A stretch of DNA of 64,000 nucleotides from a virus: IMG/VR virus record IMGVR_UViG_3300037797_000117, positions 1 through 64,000 of that record. One strand, given 5' to 3'. Below, piece by piece: positions 33,754-44,016 of the stretch. The notes beneath the pieces were generated by a model that was given only the letters and a program-made list of their open reading frames with translations, ran no database searches and had not been told where the DNA came from. How positions within the stretch are numbered: the stretch's first letter is position 1; each line of letters opens with the position of its first letter. Made by a program: the position numbers and the translations under genes.

Positions 33754-36700
33754 ATGTACAGCGTTGGCACCGCATACCTCAGCGTTGTTCCTTCGTTCCG
33801 CAATATTGAGCGGGAGTTCCGTCAGGTCTCCGAGCGGCTCGGCCGTGAGGTAGATGCCGCGATCGCCCGGGCCATCCCGGAAGGTGTGCGGGAGGGTGCC
33901 GCCCGGGCGTCGGAAACGGCCGCGCGGGAAGGTGCCCGGTCCGGGCAGGCCTACGCCGGTGCGTGGCGCAACGCCATGGACCGGCACCTGCGCGGAATGA
34001 TGTCCCGCCTCGGCGACGACGCCCGCGACGAAATCAAGGACATCGCCAAGGACCTGGGCGAGCTCCGCGACGCGGTCATCAACGTCGACGTCGACTCCGA
34101 CTTCGCCATGTTGGAGTTCCGCCGCATCCGGGACCGGATCCGGGAGCTGCAACGCGAAGACCACACCATCGAGATGCACTTCAACCTCGCCGAGGTCATG
34201 CGCGAGGCGGAGCAGATCGAGCGGGCGTTGCGGGACAGCCGTTCGGAGATGGAACGGGCCCACGAGCAGGCCCTGTCCGACGACCAGCGCCGCGACGCCG
34301 ACCGGGCACGGCGGCAGCGTGAGCTCAACGAAAACATGCAGCGGTTCCTGCGGGACCAGAACCGCATGGAAGACGAGGCGTACCGGGAGAACGCCCGCCG
34401 CGACAACGATCGGGCACGGCGGCAGCGGGAACTGAACGAGGGCGCCCGCCGGTTCCTGATCGAGCAGCAGCGGATGCTGCGCGAGGCCTACGACGAGAAC
34501 GAGCGCCGCGACCGGGACATGCGCCGCCGCCTCGGTGGTGCCTACGGCGAGCAGGCGCAGCGGCGCACCACCGCGGCCCGCGACGCCATCCCCGACTTCA
34601 TGGCCCGCGATGTCCAGTCGCGGCTGCGGATGACCGGTGTCCAGGTGGAGCTGGCCCAGATCCGGGCCCAGTTCGACCGGCTCAGCAACCTCACCGTCGA
34701 CGTCGACATTCCCGCCGCCCAGTACCAGGCGGAGCTGGCAGCACTCATCGCCCGGCTGGAAGCGGTCGAGGCCAACGAGGTCGACATCGACATTCAGGCA
34801 CACACCCGCGCCGCGTTGGCAGAGGTCCGTGCGTTGACCGGGCACATGCGCCGGGCCGGCGACGACGCCGGCGACGCGTGGGGCGGGTCGTTCGTCCGGA
34901 ACATCCGCGAATCGGTGCGCCGGGTCGCCGCCACGATCTCCGACATTGAGATCGACGCGGACACCACCCCGTTCCAGCTCGCGTTGGGTGAGGTCCGGGC
35001 ACGCCTGCTGACGTTGGGCAACGTCCGCATCGGCGTCGACATGGACCTGGCCCAGTTCCTGGTCGAGGTCGAGGCAATCGAGCGGGAACTCGCCGATCTG
35101 GAACTCGACGGCGACGTCGATATCCACACCCGGCTGGAAGCCGCCGCGACCCGGGCCGGGCTGGTACAGCTTCACAACCAGATCAACCAGATCGACCGGG
35201 ACGACATCACCGTCAACGTCGACACCGACCGGGCCGTGTTCAGCCTGCGCAACTTCGCCGACAACGTCGGCATCTCGATGTCCCGGCTCGGCCTGCTCAT
35301 CTCGCTCGGTGCGTCGCTGGGTACCGCCATCGTCCCGGCCGCGGCAGCCGCGGCGGCGTCGATCTCTGCGATCGCAACGGCGGCGTCGGCGGCGGTGCTC
35401 GGCATCGGCGTGTTCGCGTTGGGCATCTTCGGCACGTTCAAAGCGATCGGCGCGCTCAACCAGTACCAGAAGGATGCCGACAAGTCAGCCCAGAACCTGT
35501 CGGCGTCGCAGTCCCGCGTCGCCGGCGCCATGGACCAGGTGGCAGGCGCGGCCGCCGGTGTCCGCTCGGCTGAGCGGAACCTGATCCGCGCGCAGAAAGA
35601 CGCCGTCGACTCGGTCCGGGACCTGGTCAGGGCCCGTGAGGAAGCCCGCCGGCAGCTCGAAGACATGAAGCTGGCGGTCAAGGACAACGCGTTGGCCCTG
35701 CGGCAGGCCCGCCTCGACGAGGCCGAAGCCAAGAAGGACCTGGACGCGGTTCTGGCCAACCCGCGGGCCAGTGAGGCCGACCGGGAACAGGCCCGCATCA
35801 CCTACGAGCAGCGGGTTCTTCAGATCGAGGAACTGAGCCTGCGGCAGGACCGGCTGTCCAAAGACGAGGAAGTGGCCCGGAAGAAAGGCATCGAAGGCAG
35901 CGACCAGGTCCAGGCCGCGCAGGAACGTATCGCGTCTGCGATCGAGGCCGTCGCCGACGCGCAGGGTTCGGTGGCGTCCAGCCACCGGTCGTTGGAAGCC
36001 GCCAACCGGGCATTGCAGCAGAGCTACGAGAAGACCGGTGTCGCCGGTGGCGACGCGTTGCGCAACATGCGTGAGGCCATGGATGCCCTGTCCCCGGCCG
36101 GGCAGCGGTTCGCGCTGTTCATCTTCTCCCTGAAGGACGAATTCAAGGGGCTCCAGGCCGCGGCTGAGGAAGGTCTGCTGCCCGGGTTGCAGCAGGCCAT
36201 CACGAACATGCTGCCGTACCTGGCTCCGTTGCAGAACCTGATCGGCCGGGTTGCGCAGGCGCTGGGCCGAGGGTTCGTCATGGCGACGGAACAGTTGAAG
36301 GACCCGGTGTGGCAGCGGTTCTTCGGCTACCTGTCGGCCACGGCCGTGCCGGTTCTCGAAGGAATGTTCACGTTCATGATGAACGTGGGCAAAGGCATTG
36401 CCGGTATTCTGCTGGGCCTGTCCGGGTTCAACGGGCCCATCGGCCAGGGCGTTCTGCAATGGTCTGAAGACTTCGCCGCGTGGGGGTCGACGCTCGACTC
36501 TAACCAGGGCTGGCAGAAATTCCTGCAATACGTCCGCGATTCGTGGCCGGAAGTCCGCGATTTCTTCGCCGGGCTGTGGGATTTCACGAAGAAGTTTGTT
36601 GCGGCCGCAGCGCCCATCGGTGAATGGGTGGTTGGTGCGTTCGCGAAGGTTTTCGAGTGGATGAACAAACTCGACACCGACACGTGGACGATCATCATCG

Positions 36701-38415
36701 GGTCGATCGCGGGTGTGGGTGCCGCCCTGCTCGTCGTTGCCGGGATCACCTCGGTCATCACGACCGGCTGGGCCGGCCTGATCGTGGCCCTGATCGGCCT
36801 GATCGCCGCTGAGTGGACGTTCCTGTATCAGAAGATCGAGCCGGTCCGGGTCATCATGCAGGCCCTGTGGGCGGCGACGGTTACCGGGTTCACCTGGATG
36901 TGGCAGTCCGTTCTCAAGCCCGGGTTCTCGGCGTTGATGACCGCCATCCGGTTTCTCGGCGACGTCGCGATGTGGCTGTGGGAACACATCTTCCGGAACG
37001 TATTCCAGTGGATCCAGGCTGGTTTTTCCATTTTGTGGGCGGCGTTCCAGGTCGGTGTTGGTCTGTTCCAGATTGCCCTCAAATGGTGGGGCAACATGTT
37101 CAGCTGGTGGAACCAGACCTACCTTCAGCCGTTCATCCGGCTGCTTACGCCGTTCTTCCGGTGGATCGCCGACATTTGGGAAAAGGATGTTCTCCCGAAT
37201 ACGAAGCGCGGGTTGAGGTTCCTTTCCGACGCGTTCGACACGTTGAAGGAAAGCCTGAAGATACCGATCAAGTTCATCGTGAATACGATTCTGAACGACG
37301 GGTTGCTCAAGGGCTACAACGCCATTGCGAAGTTCTTCGGTGTCAAACCCGACGACGTGAAAATTGACCTGCCGAAGGGGTTCCACAGCGGCGGCGCGGT
37401 ACGGGGGAAGGGTTCCGCCACCTCGGATTCGATCGTGGCGCGGCTGTCCGACGGCGAGCATGTTCTCACCGCGTTGGAGGTGGCCAAGCTCGGCGGCCAG
37501 GACCAGGTGTACCGGCTGCGGTCGATGATCCGCCACGGTGTGCTGCCTGGGTTCGCGGCCGGCGGCGCGGTGTCGAAGTCGGGCGACGAGTCGTGGTTCG
37601 AGAAGCTCAAGCGCAGGGCCGGAGACATTGTCGGCGGCATCACCAACTTCCTGTCCGACCCGTCCGGGTCGCTCAAGGCGTTGCTGGACAAGCTGCTCGC
37701 CCTGGTGCCGGGCAAGGAGTCCGGGGCGGCGCAGGTCGCGGTGGGGGTTCCGAAGAAGGTTCTCGGCCTCGCGCTGGAGAAGGTCAAGGATGTTCTGACG
37801 TTCGGGTCCGGGGATACCGGTCCGACCGGGCCGGGTCCGGGGTTCCTTCCGTGGCCGAGTTCGCCGGGTGCGCAGCGTGGAAATACAGGTGTCTGGAAAA
37901 ACATCCTTGCCCTGATTCGTTCCACTGGGCCCGCATCTGGGTCGTTTGGTAACGCTTACCGCCCAGGTGACCCACTTTGGCATGGCAGCGGAAGGGCTGT
38001 CGACTGGATGGGCTACAACCAGGACGCTTTGGCCCAATTTTTCATGAATATGCAGGGCCGTGTCCTGGAGCTCATCCACACCACCGACCGGGGCGGCTAC
38101 TACATCAGCCGCGGTCGGCGCCGGTCCAGCATGGGCCGGCAGGATGCCTTGCACCGCAATCATATTCATATCGCCATGGACCAGGGCGGATGGCTCGATC
38201 CGGGCTATTCGGGCATTGTGAATCAGACGGGGCTACCCGAAGCCGTCCTCACCAACCGGCAGTGGCGGGACATCTCCGCCCTCGCCCGCGGCGGCGACGG
38301 CGCCAGCGCACCCACCTACCAGTTCGCGTTCCGCGATACCACGCTCGACCCGGGCCGGCTACGCGCCATCCAGGACCGCGAAGCCGCCCGGGAACGGCAG
38401 GGCCGCGCACGCTGA
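33754..38415 (+). CDS. Tape measure protein
   Basis: VGTAYLSVVPSF N-terminus, long helical and Trp-periodic regions, G.G.ATSDSI..RLSDGE, C-terminal H.SGRAVDW...HRNHIH. Confidence 0.95.
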   Translation: MYSVGTAYLSVVPSFRNIEREFRQVSERLGREVDAAIARAIPEGVREGAARASETAAREGARSGQAYAGAWRNAMDRHLRGMMSRLGDDARDEIKDIAKDLGELRDAVINVDVDSDFAMLEFRRIRDRIRELQREDHTIEMHFNLAEVMREAEQIERALRDSRSEMERAHEQALSDDQRRDADRARRQRELNENMQRFLRDQNRMEDEAYRENARRDNDRARRQRELNEGARRFLIEQQRMLREAYDENERRDRDMRRRLGGAYGEQAQRRTTAARDAIPDFMARDVQSRLRMTGVQVELAQIRAQFDRLSNLTVDVDIPAAQYQAELAALIARLEAVEANEVDIDIQAHTRAALAEVRALTGHMRRAGDDAGDAWGGSFVRNIRESVRRVAATISDIEIDADTTPFQLALGEVRARLLTLGNVRIGVDMDLAQFLVEVEAIERELADLELDGDVDIHTRLEAAATRAGLVQLHNQINQIDRDDITVNVDTDRAVFSLRNFADNVGISMSRLGLLISLGASLGTAIVPAAAAAAASISAIATAASAAVLGIGVFALGIFGTFKAIGALNQYQKDADKSAQNLSASQSRVAGAMDQVAGAAAGVRSAERNLIRAQKDAVDSVRDLVRAREEARRQLEDMKLAVKDNALALRQARLDEAEAKKDLDAVLANPRASEADREQARITYEQRVLQIEELSLRQDRLSKDEEVARKKGIEGSDQVQAAQERIASAIEAVADAQGSVASSHRSLEAANRALQQSYEKTGVAGGDALRNMREAMDALSPAGQRFALFIFSLKDEFKGLQAAAEEGLLPGLQQAITNMLPYLAPLQNLIGRVAQALGRGFVMATEQLKDPVWQRFFGYLSATAVPVLEGMFTFMMNVGKGIAGILLGLSGFNGPIGQGVLQWSEDFAAWGSTLDSNQGWQKFLQYVRDSWPEVRDFFAGLWDFTKKFVAAAAPIGEWVVGAFAKVFEWMNKLDTDTWTIIIGSIAGVGAALLVVAGITSVITTGWAGLIVALIGLIAAEWTFLYQKIEPVRVIMQALWAATVTGFTWMWQSVLKPGFSALMTAIRFLGDVAMWLWEHIFRNVFQWIQAGFSILWAAFQVGVGLFQIALKWWGNMFSWWNQTYLQPFIRLLTPFFRWIADIWEKDVLPNTKRGLRFLSDAFDTLKESLKIPIKFIVNTILNDGLLKGYNAIAKFFGVKPDDVKIDLPKGFHSGGAVRGKGSATSDSIVARLSDGEHVLTALEVAKLGGQDQVYRLRSMIRHGVLPGFAAGGAVSKSGDESWFEKLKRRAGDIVGGITNFLSDPSGSLKALLDKLLALVPGKESGAAQVAVGVPKKVLGLALEKVKDVLTFGSGDTGPTGPGPGFLPWPSSPGAQRGNTGVWKNILALIRSTGPASGSFGNAYRPGDPLWHGSGRAVDWMGYNQDALAQFFMNMQGRVLELIHTTDRGGYYISRGRRRSSMGRQDALHRNHIHIAMDQGGWLDPGYSGIVNQTGLPEAVLTNRQWRDISALARGGDGASAPTYQFAFRDTTLDPGRLRAIQDREAARERQGRAR

Positions 38416-38460
38416 CCGTCATCGACCAGCCACCACACCCCGAACGGAGGTGGCTGGTCG

Positions 38461-39357
38461 ATGACGTTCCCCCTCAGCGACGTCGGAACGATCTACGCCA
38501 CGTGGACCGACCCGACCGGCGTTGAATGGCCCCTTACCGACAAAACCCCCGACCGGGGCTACCACACCACCCGCGGCATCGCCGGGTGGGGCGCCATGCC
38601 GTACGAGATCGTCACCGACCCGCAGGCCCGCGGCGGCGAAACGGTCCGCCACGTCCGGCAGCTCCCGGCCCGGCTGACGTGGCCCCTCAACATCTGGGGC
38701 GACACACACCTCGAGTTCGTCGACCGGTACCGGGCGTTACGCCGCGCCATCATGATGACGGTCCACCGCGGGCAGCCAGGCCGGTTGACGGTGATGCGGA
38801 GCGACGGCTCAGGCCGGTTCATCGAAGCGTTCTACGAAGACGGCTGGGGCGGCGAAAGCGGCGAAAACTGGCTGTTTGCCAACCCGGTGGTCACCTTCTA
38901 CTGCCCGGACGGGGCGTGGAAGGACATCGAACGTGTCGTCGAGACACGCACCTTCGGCACCGCCGGCACCCTCGTGTCGTTCCTCGCCCCGTTCCCGACA
39001 TTCTCCGCCGGGCAGAGCGGTGGCTCGCCGACCCTGACCAACCCCGGCGAGCTGGTCGCCTGGCCGGAGTGGGTCATCACCGGCCCGGCCTCCGGCATCA
39101 CCGGCACCAACGTCACCACCGGGAAGTCGTTCAGCCTCGTCTACGACCTGGCCGCCGGGGAGTCCATCACGGTAACCACCGACCGTCCGACGGTGCGCGG
39201 CCCGGCCGGGCAGAACCTCGTCAACGCCTTGAACTGGCCAACCGCGTACCTGTGGGGGCTGGAACCCGGCGACAACACCGTCGAGTTCTCCATCGGCGGG
39301 TCCGGCATCGGAACCACGATCGAAATCTCGTTCTATCCCCGTTACGAAGGTGCCTGA
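38461..39357 (+). CDS. Distal tail protein (Dit-like)
   Basis: First gene after TMP. TNPGE..AWPEW.ITGP...LW.LEPG.N. Confidence 0.85.
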   Translation: MTFPLSDVGTIYATWTDPTGVEWPLTDKTPDRGYHTTRGIAGWGAMPYEIVTDPQARGGETVRHVRQLPARLTWPLNIWGDTHLEFVDRYRALRRAIMMTVHRGQPGRLTVMRSDGSGRFIEAFYEDGWGGESGENWLFANPVVTFYCPDGAWKDIERVVETRTFGTAGTLVSFLAPFPTFSAGQSGGSPTLTNPGELVAWPEWVITGPASGITGTNVTTGKSFSLVYDLAAGESITVTTDRPTVRGPAGQNLVNALNWPTAYLWGLEPGDNTVEFSIGGSGIGTTIEISFYPRYEGA

Positions 39358-39373
39358 AAGGCGGTAGACGCGA

Positions 39374-40015
39374 ATGGCCCGCCTGCCCATCGACGCCGCC
39401 GACACCAACGTGTGGGGGCAACTCCTCAACGAGTACCTGCTGGTGTCCCACCTCGACGACGGCGCGGTCAAAGTCGTCCCGGCCAACCTTGGTTCTCCAC
39501 TGACCAGCGGCGAGGCATCGTTCGACCGCAAGTTCATCGGCCAGCCCGGTGCCGGAGCCAGCGGCGAGGTACTCCTGACGTACTTCACTGCCTGCAAGAC
39601 CGAAACCATCACCCAGGTCGCCATGTACTCCGTCACCGCGGCCGCCACTGCCACTTTGATCCGGTACGGGGTGTACTCCGTCGCCGGCAACGGCGACCTC
39701 GCACTGATCACGGGCACCGTCAACGACCTGACCGTGTTCGCCTCCACCAATACCCGGTACGTGCGGACCCTGGCCGCCCCGTGGAACAAGGTGGCCGGCA
39801 CCCGGTACGCCGTCGGGCACCTCGTCGTTGCGACCACCCCACCGTCGGTGTACGGATCGACCGACGCAACCGCTGGCACCGTCCTGGACGCGGTGTGGGC
39901 GATCGAACCTCGCATGTCCGGGGTACGGACCGGGCAGTCGGACCTGCCGGCGTCCATCACCTCAGCCAACGTGGTCGCCAACCGCCGCGGCCCGTACTTC
40001 GAACTCATCCCCTGA
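39374..40015 (+). CDS. Minor tail/structural protein
   Basis: MARLP...WGQLLNEYL.VSH..DG N-terminal anchor-like motif. Confidence 0.65.
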   Translation: MARLPIDAADTNVWGQLLNEYLLVSHLDDGAVKVVPANLGSPLTSGEASFDRKFIGQPGAGASGEVLLTYFTACKTETITQVAMYSVTAAATATLIRYGVYSVAGNGDLALITGTVNDLTVFASTNTRYVRTLAAPWNKVAGTRYAVGHLVVATTPPSVYGSTDATAGTVLDAVWAIEPRMSGVRTGQSDLPASITSANVVANRRGPYFELIP

Positions 40016-40052
40016 CCTGCCCTGCCCGGCTCGCGCGATGTGGGGGTGACGG

Positions 40053-41294
40053 GTGGCTTACGGCCTTGGCCAGTACGGCGCCGGACCGTACGGCATCCTG
40101 CCCCCGCTCCCGGCCACCGTCGCCCCGGTCGTCCCGGAGGACTACCTGGTGCTGGTCACCGACCGGGACCTCAACGTCGTCGGTGACCCGATCACATGCT
40201 GGTCCCAGCTCGACGTGACGTTGCGGTTCAACGAGCCCGGATCCGGGATTCTGTACGTCCCCGCGTACGACTGGGTGCGGGAACAGATGGTGCCGGGCAA
40301 CCGGATCGTCGTCATCCGCAACGGGCAGGTCCTGATCGCCGGGCCGTGGGAGGAGAAGCTCCACGAACGGTCCGACGACGGGGAAAACGCCGGCGTCGGC
40401 CGGCTCACCGTCGCCTTCGCCGACGACCTGGCGTCGCTGGCCGCGCGGTGCGTGTACCCGGAGCCGAACCAGACCCCGGAAACGCAGGTCCTCGACTTCT
40501 ACGAGTTCACCGGGAACGCGGAGACGTCGCTGCGGCAGCTCGCCGACGGTGCCGGCGGGCCGGGTGCGTTACCGGACCGGCGCATCCCGCGGCTGGCGAT
40601 TGCGCACGGCATCGGCGTCGGCACCAACGTCGTGGTCAAGGCGCAGCGGCACGCGCCGTGGGGCGACGTGGCCCGCGATATCGCGCAGATCGGCGGCAAC
40701 CTCGGGTTCCGGATCCGGCAGGACGGCAACATCCTCCTGTTCGAGGTGTACCTGCCGACCGACAAATCCAGCGAGGTCCGGTTCTCGTTCGGGCTGGGCA
40801 ACCTGCGCTACGTCAGCCACGAACAGAAGGCACCCACCGCCACCGCGGTCGCGGTCGGTGGCCAAGGTGAAGGCGCCGAACGGGCCATGATCGAACGGGT
40901 CAATGTGGTGGAACACGCCGCGTGGGGCCGGTTTGAAAAGTTCGTCGCCCGCGGCGGGTCGTCGCCCCTGCAGGAACTCCAGGACGACGGGGACCTGGCC
41001 CTCGCCGAAGGTGCCGCCACCGTGCGGATGACCGCCAACGTGTCCGACTCCCCCGACCAGCAGTTCGGCGTCCACTACCGGGTCGGGGACATCGTCGCGA
41101 TCGAACCGGCCGACGGTGAACAGATCGCCGACGTCGTCCGCGTCGTCCACCTTCAGGTCCACGCCACCAGCGGCGAGTACGTCGCGGCGACCGTCGGCAA
41201 CCAGTCCGCCACCACCGACCCGATGTGGCTTCAGAAGACCCGCGACATTGAATCCCGGCTGGGCCGCGTCGAGCGGGCCGTCACCCCGGGCTGA
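40053..41294 (+). CDS. Minor tail protein (ReqiPepy6 Gp37-like hub)
   Basis: RFNEPGSG...VRFSFGLGNL...VGGQGEG..R...WGRFEKFV...FGVHY.VGDIV. Confidence 0.85.
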   Translation: MAYGLGQYGAGPYGILPPLPATVAPVVPEDYLVLVTDRDLNVVGDPITCWSQLDVTLRFNEPGSGILYVPAYDWVREQMVPGNRIVVIRNGQVLIAGPWEEKLHERSDDGENAGVGRLTVAFADDLASLAARCVYPEPNQTPETQVLDFYEFTGNAETSLRQLADGAGGPGALPDRRIPRLAIAHGIGVGTNVVVKAQRHAPWGDVARDIAQIGGNLGFRIRQDGNILLFEVYLPTDKSSEVRFSFGLGNLRYVSHEQKAPTATAVAVGGQGEGAERAMIERVNVVEHAAWGRFEKFVARGGSSPLQELQDDGDLALAEGAATVRMTANVSDSPDQQFGVHYRVGDIVAIEPADGEQIADVVRVVHLQVHATSGEYVAATVGNQSATTDPMWLQKTRDIESRLGRVERAVTPG

Positions 41295-41341
41295 CCAACC
41301 ATTCGTAACCGCCGGCCGGCCCGGCAGAAAGGGGCCGAGCT

Positions 41342-42397
41342 GTGGCCGAGACTTCGTGGCCCACCGTCGCCGGTGCCCGGGCCGTCACCGACGACCAGTG
41401 GGAGTTGATGTCTGCGGCGTTCGCCGCCGACGGGGTTCAGGGTGCGTGGACCAGTTCGTCGCCTGTATTCGGTGACTCGTCCGGGCGGCAGGTGAAGGTC
41501 CGCTCCGCGCAGCTCGCCGTCGTCGGCGGCCACGGCTACAGCTCCGGCACCTCCGACACCATCAAATCGATCTCGGCCAACTCGTCCGGATCGACCCGCA
41601 TCGACATGGTGGTGCTCGGGTTGAGCCGCACCACGTGGGCGGTCACCTCATACGTTAAGACCGGCACTCCCGGGGCGGGGGCGCCGCCGGCGTTGACCCG
41701 TAACGCCCGCGGCGGGTCGACCGGCGTGTGGGAAATCCCCCTCGCCATGGTGACCGTCGTCAACGGGGCGGCAACCATCGCCGCCGGCGACGTCACCAAC
41801 ATCGCCTGGTACAGCCGTGGCGAGACGGTGGCAACGTCGTCGGCGACACCGCCGCAGCCCGACGCGGCCAGCTACTCCCGGATGATGCACACCGACACCG
41901 GTCACGAATTCGACTCGGTGTCCGGGGCGTGGCGCCGCTCACCGTGGCAGGTGTCACGCGGCGTGGTCGGCGGCAAAAGGTACAACGCCAACGCGATCAT
42001 CGCGGCCGGTATCTCCACGTCGGAGTCGGTGCTGAACATGAATTCCGGCTCGGTCGTGTTGGAAGCCAACCGGCGGTTCCGGCTGCAATCCAACCTGAGA
42101 CTCCAGGCCGCCTCGTCCAACACGTACTTCATCTACCGGCTCCGGGAAACCGACCTTTTCGGAACCATCGTCGGATACGCCGAACAGTTCATCACCGGCA
42201 GCGGCGCACCGCACAACTTCACGTTCGAAGACGAAATCGCCACCTCGTCGTCGATCACCCGGACCTACGTTCCGACCCTGCAACGCATCGGCGGTGGCAA
42301 CCTGACCGCCTTCACCGGCGCCACGTTCCTCACGTGCGGCGTCTGGGTCATCGACGTCGGCCCGTCCGCGCCCGACGTCGTCACCATCGTTCCCTGA
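41342..42397 (+). CDS. Minor tail protein
   Basis: AN.SGSTRID.VVL...VKTGTPG...PPAL...WEIPLA.V. Confidence 0.8.
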   Translation: MAETSWPTVAGARAVTDDQWELMSAAFAADGVQGAWTSSSPVFGDSSGRQVKVRSAQLAVVGGHGYSSGTSDTIKSISANSSGSTRIDMVVLGLSRTTWAVTSYVKTGTPGAGAPPALTRNARGGSTGVWEIPLAMVTVVNGAATIAAGDVTNIAWYSRGETVATSSATPPQPDAASYSRMMHTDTGHEFDSVSGAWRRSPWQVSRGVVGGKRYNANAIIAAGISTSESVLNMNSGSVVLEANRRFRLQSNLRLQAASSNTYFIYRLRETDLFGTIVGYAEQFITGSGAPHNFTFEDEIATSSSITRTYVPTLQRIGGGNLTAFTGATFLTCGVWVIDVGPSAPDVVTIVP

Positions 42398-42417
42398 CCC
42401 CGACAACTCCGGCGGGG

Positions 42418-42747
42418 GTGGCTGTGGCCTTCATGCTCGCCGCCACGGCGGAAGCCGGAGCGGTCAACCTGGCCGTGTTCGCCCAGTACGGCGTCCTCGG
42501 CGTCGTCGCGGTCATCCTCATCTGGTTTGCGAAATCCGCGCATCAGCGTGAACGGGAACGCGCGGACCGGCTCGAAGAGGACAACAAGCGGCTCAACATG
42601 CTGATCCTGGACCGGGTCATTCCGGCGTTGACGTCTGCCACCCGGGCGGCTGAGGAATCGGCCGACCTGCTCAATGCGGTGCTACGCGAGCGTGCCATGC
42701 CGTCCCGCGTCGACCTACGTCGAGGTGTGGAAGGCAGGTCCCAATGA
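42418..42747 (+). CDS. Membrane protein (1 TM plus coiled coil), lysis region
   Basis: FAQYGVLGVVAVILIWF followed by RERERADRLE. Confidence 0.7.
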   Translation: MAVAFMLAATAEAGAVNLAVFAQYGVLGVVAVILIWFAKSAHQRERERADRLEEDNKRLNMLILDRVIPALTSATRAAEESADLLNAVLRERAMPSRVDLRRGVEGRSQ

Positions 42748-42938
42748 TGTCCGTACCTCCCCCCATGCCGGATTCGGCACATATCGAAACCCGGCTGCTG
42801 GTAGTCGCCGAAATGTTGGAAAAGGCCGTTGCCGAGGTCAACCGGGCAATGGCGGACCTGAAATTCGGGGTTCGGGACTTTACCAGCGTCGGCACCTACG
42901 AACCCCCCGAAGACGGTGTCAGGAGTACCCATGTCTGA
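42744..42938 (+). CDS. Small hypothetical protein
   Basis: Translationally coupled ORF. Confidence 0.55.
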   Translation: MMSVPPPMPDSAHIETRLLVVAEMLEKAVAEVNRAMADLKFGVRDFTSVGTYEPPEDGVRSTHV

Positions 42939-43497
42939 ACTGTTCGACCAGGACGGTGGGCGGCATTCCATTCCCCGCCCTGCTTTCCCCCCGGCTCCCC
43001 CACCTCCCCCGCCGCCTTCGCCGACCTCGCCTCCCCCGCCGGTTCCTCCCGCGGTGGCGGTCCTGTCCGCGTCCCTGTCCGCGCTGGTCGCCGAATCGCA
43101 GGCGTTGCGTAGCGACGTCCTCGCCGCCGAACAGGCCCGCAAACGGGCCAACCGGATCGCGTTGAGCCTGCTCGCGGTGCTGTGCCTGTTCACCGGTGCC
43201 GTGCTCGCCATCGGCTGGCAGAACAACCAGTTGAGCCGGCGCGTGGACAAGACGAACAATCAGATGGCTGACTGCACCACCCCGGGCGGGGTCTGCTACG
43301 AGGACGGCCGCCGCCGCACTGAAGGTGCGGTCAGCTCCGTCGTGCGGATCTCCCTGTTCGTATCCCAGTGTGGGCGCCTGCACCCGGGCGAGTCCGGCCC
43401 GGAATACGACCAGAAGATGGAGAAGTGCGTCACGGACCGGCTGGCCGCGGCCGCCGCCGCTGACCGGGCCACACCCGCCCCGTCGCCGGGGGGCTGA
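42931..43497 (+). CDS. Membrane protein with extracellular Cys residues
   Basis: AGGAG RBS, one TM helix, DCTTPGGVCY. Confidence 0.7.
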   Translation: MSELFDQDGGRHSIPRPAFPPAPPPPPPPSPTSPPPPVPPAVAVLSASLSALVAESQALRSDVLAAEQARKRANRIALSLLAVLCLFTGAVLAIGWQNNQLSRRVDKTNNQMADCTTPGGVCYEDGRRRTEGAVSSVVRISLFVSQCGRLHPGESGPEYDQKMEKCVTDRLAAAAAADRATPAPSPGG

Positions 43498-43500
43498 GCC

Positions 43501-43866
43501 GTGGGCAAGTACGGCAAGGCGGTCGCGGCTGCCCTCCTCGCCGTCGCCACCGCATTTCACACCATGTTGTCCGACAACGTCGTCACCCAGCAGGAAGGTG
43601 TGCAGATCGCGATCGCCGCGGTCACCGCCCTGTCTGTGTGGCTCGTCCCGATGCTGACCTACCCGTGGATGAAGACCGCCATCGCCGCGGTTCTGGCCGG
43701 GCTCAACGTTCTAGTCACCGCCATCGTCGGCGGCATCGGTACCGGCGACCTGGTGCAGGTTTCCATGTCGGTGTTCACCGTCCTCGTTGTCGGTGCCGCA
43801 CCAGCCCATTCCGACCGGCCCGCCCCTGCCGGGCCCGCTGGCCCTTCGGTAGAGCGGCACGACTAG
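43501..43866 (+). CDS. Holin
   Basis: Four short TM segments in a duplicated unit (KA..AA / KTA.AA), upstream of the lysin. Confidence 0.75.
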   Translation: MGKYGKAVAAALLAVATAFHTMLSDNVVTQQEGVQIAIAAVTALSVWLVPMLTYPWMKTAIAAVLAGLNVLVTAIVGGIGTGDLVQVSMSVFTVLVVGAAPAHSDRPAPAGPAGPSVERHD

Positions 43867-44016
43867 CCGCCCCACCGAAGGGTGGTGCCCCGCCGGATGC
43901 GAGGGAGAGGCCCGCTCAGCGTGGCCCCGCAACCCGTTGCGGCGCAAGCGTTTCACCCATTTCTGGAACACCCGGAACACCTGTAAGCCGACACGCGATC
44001 GCCACGGGGGCAGCGC

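Noticed and set aside
34260-34520. ~36-aa repeats (DRARRQRELNE) in the tape measure protein
   Set aside because: Real, but ordinary for tape measure proteins.
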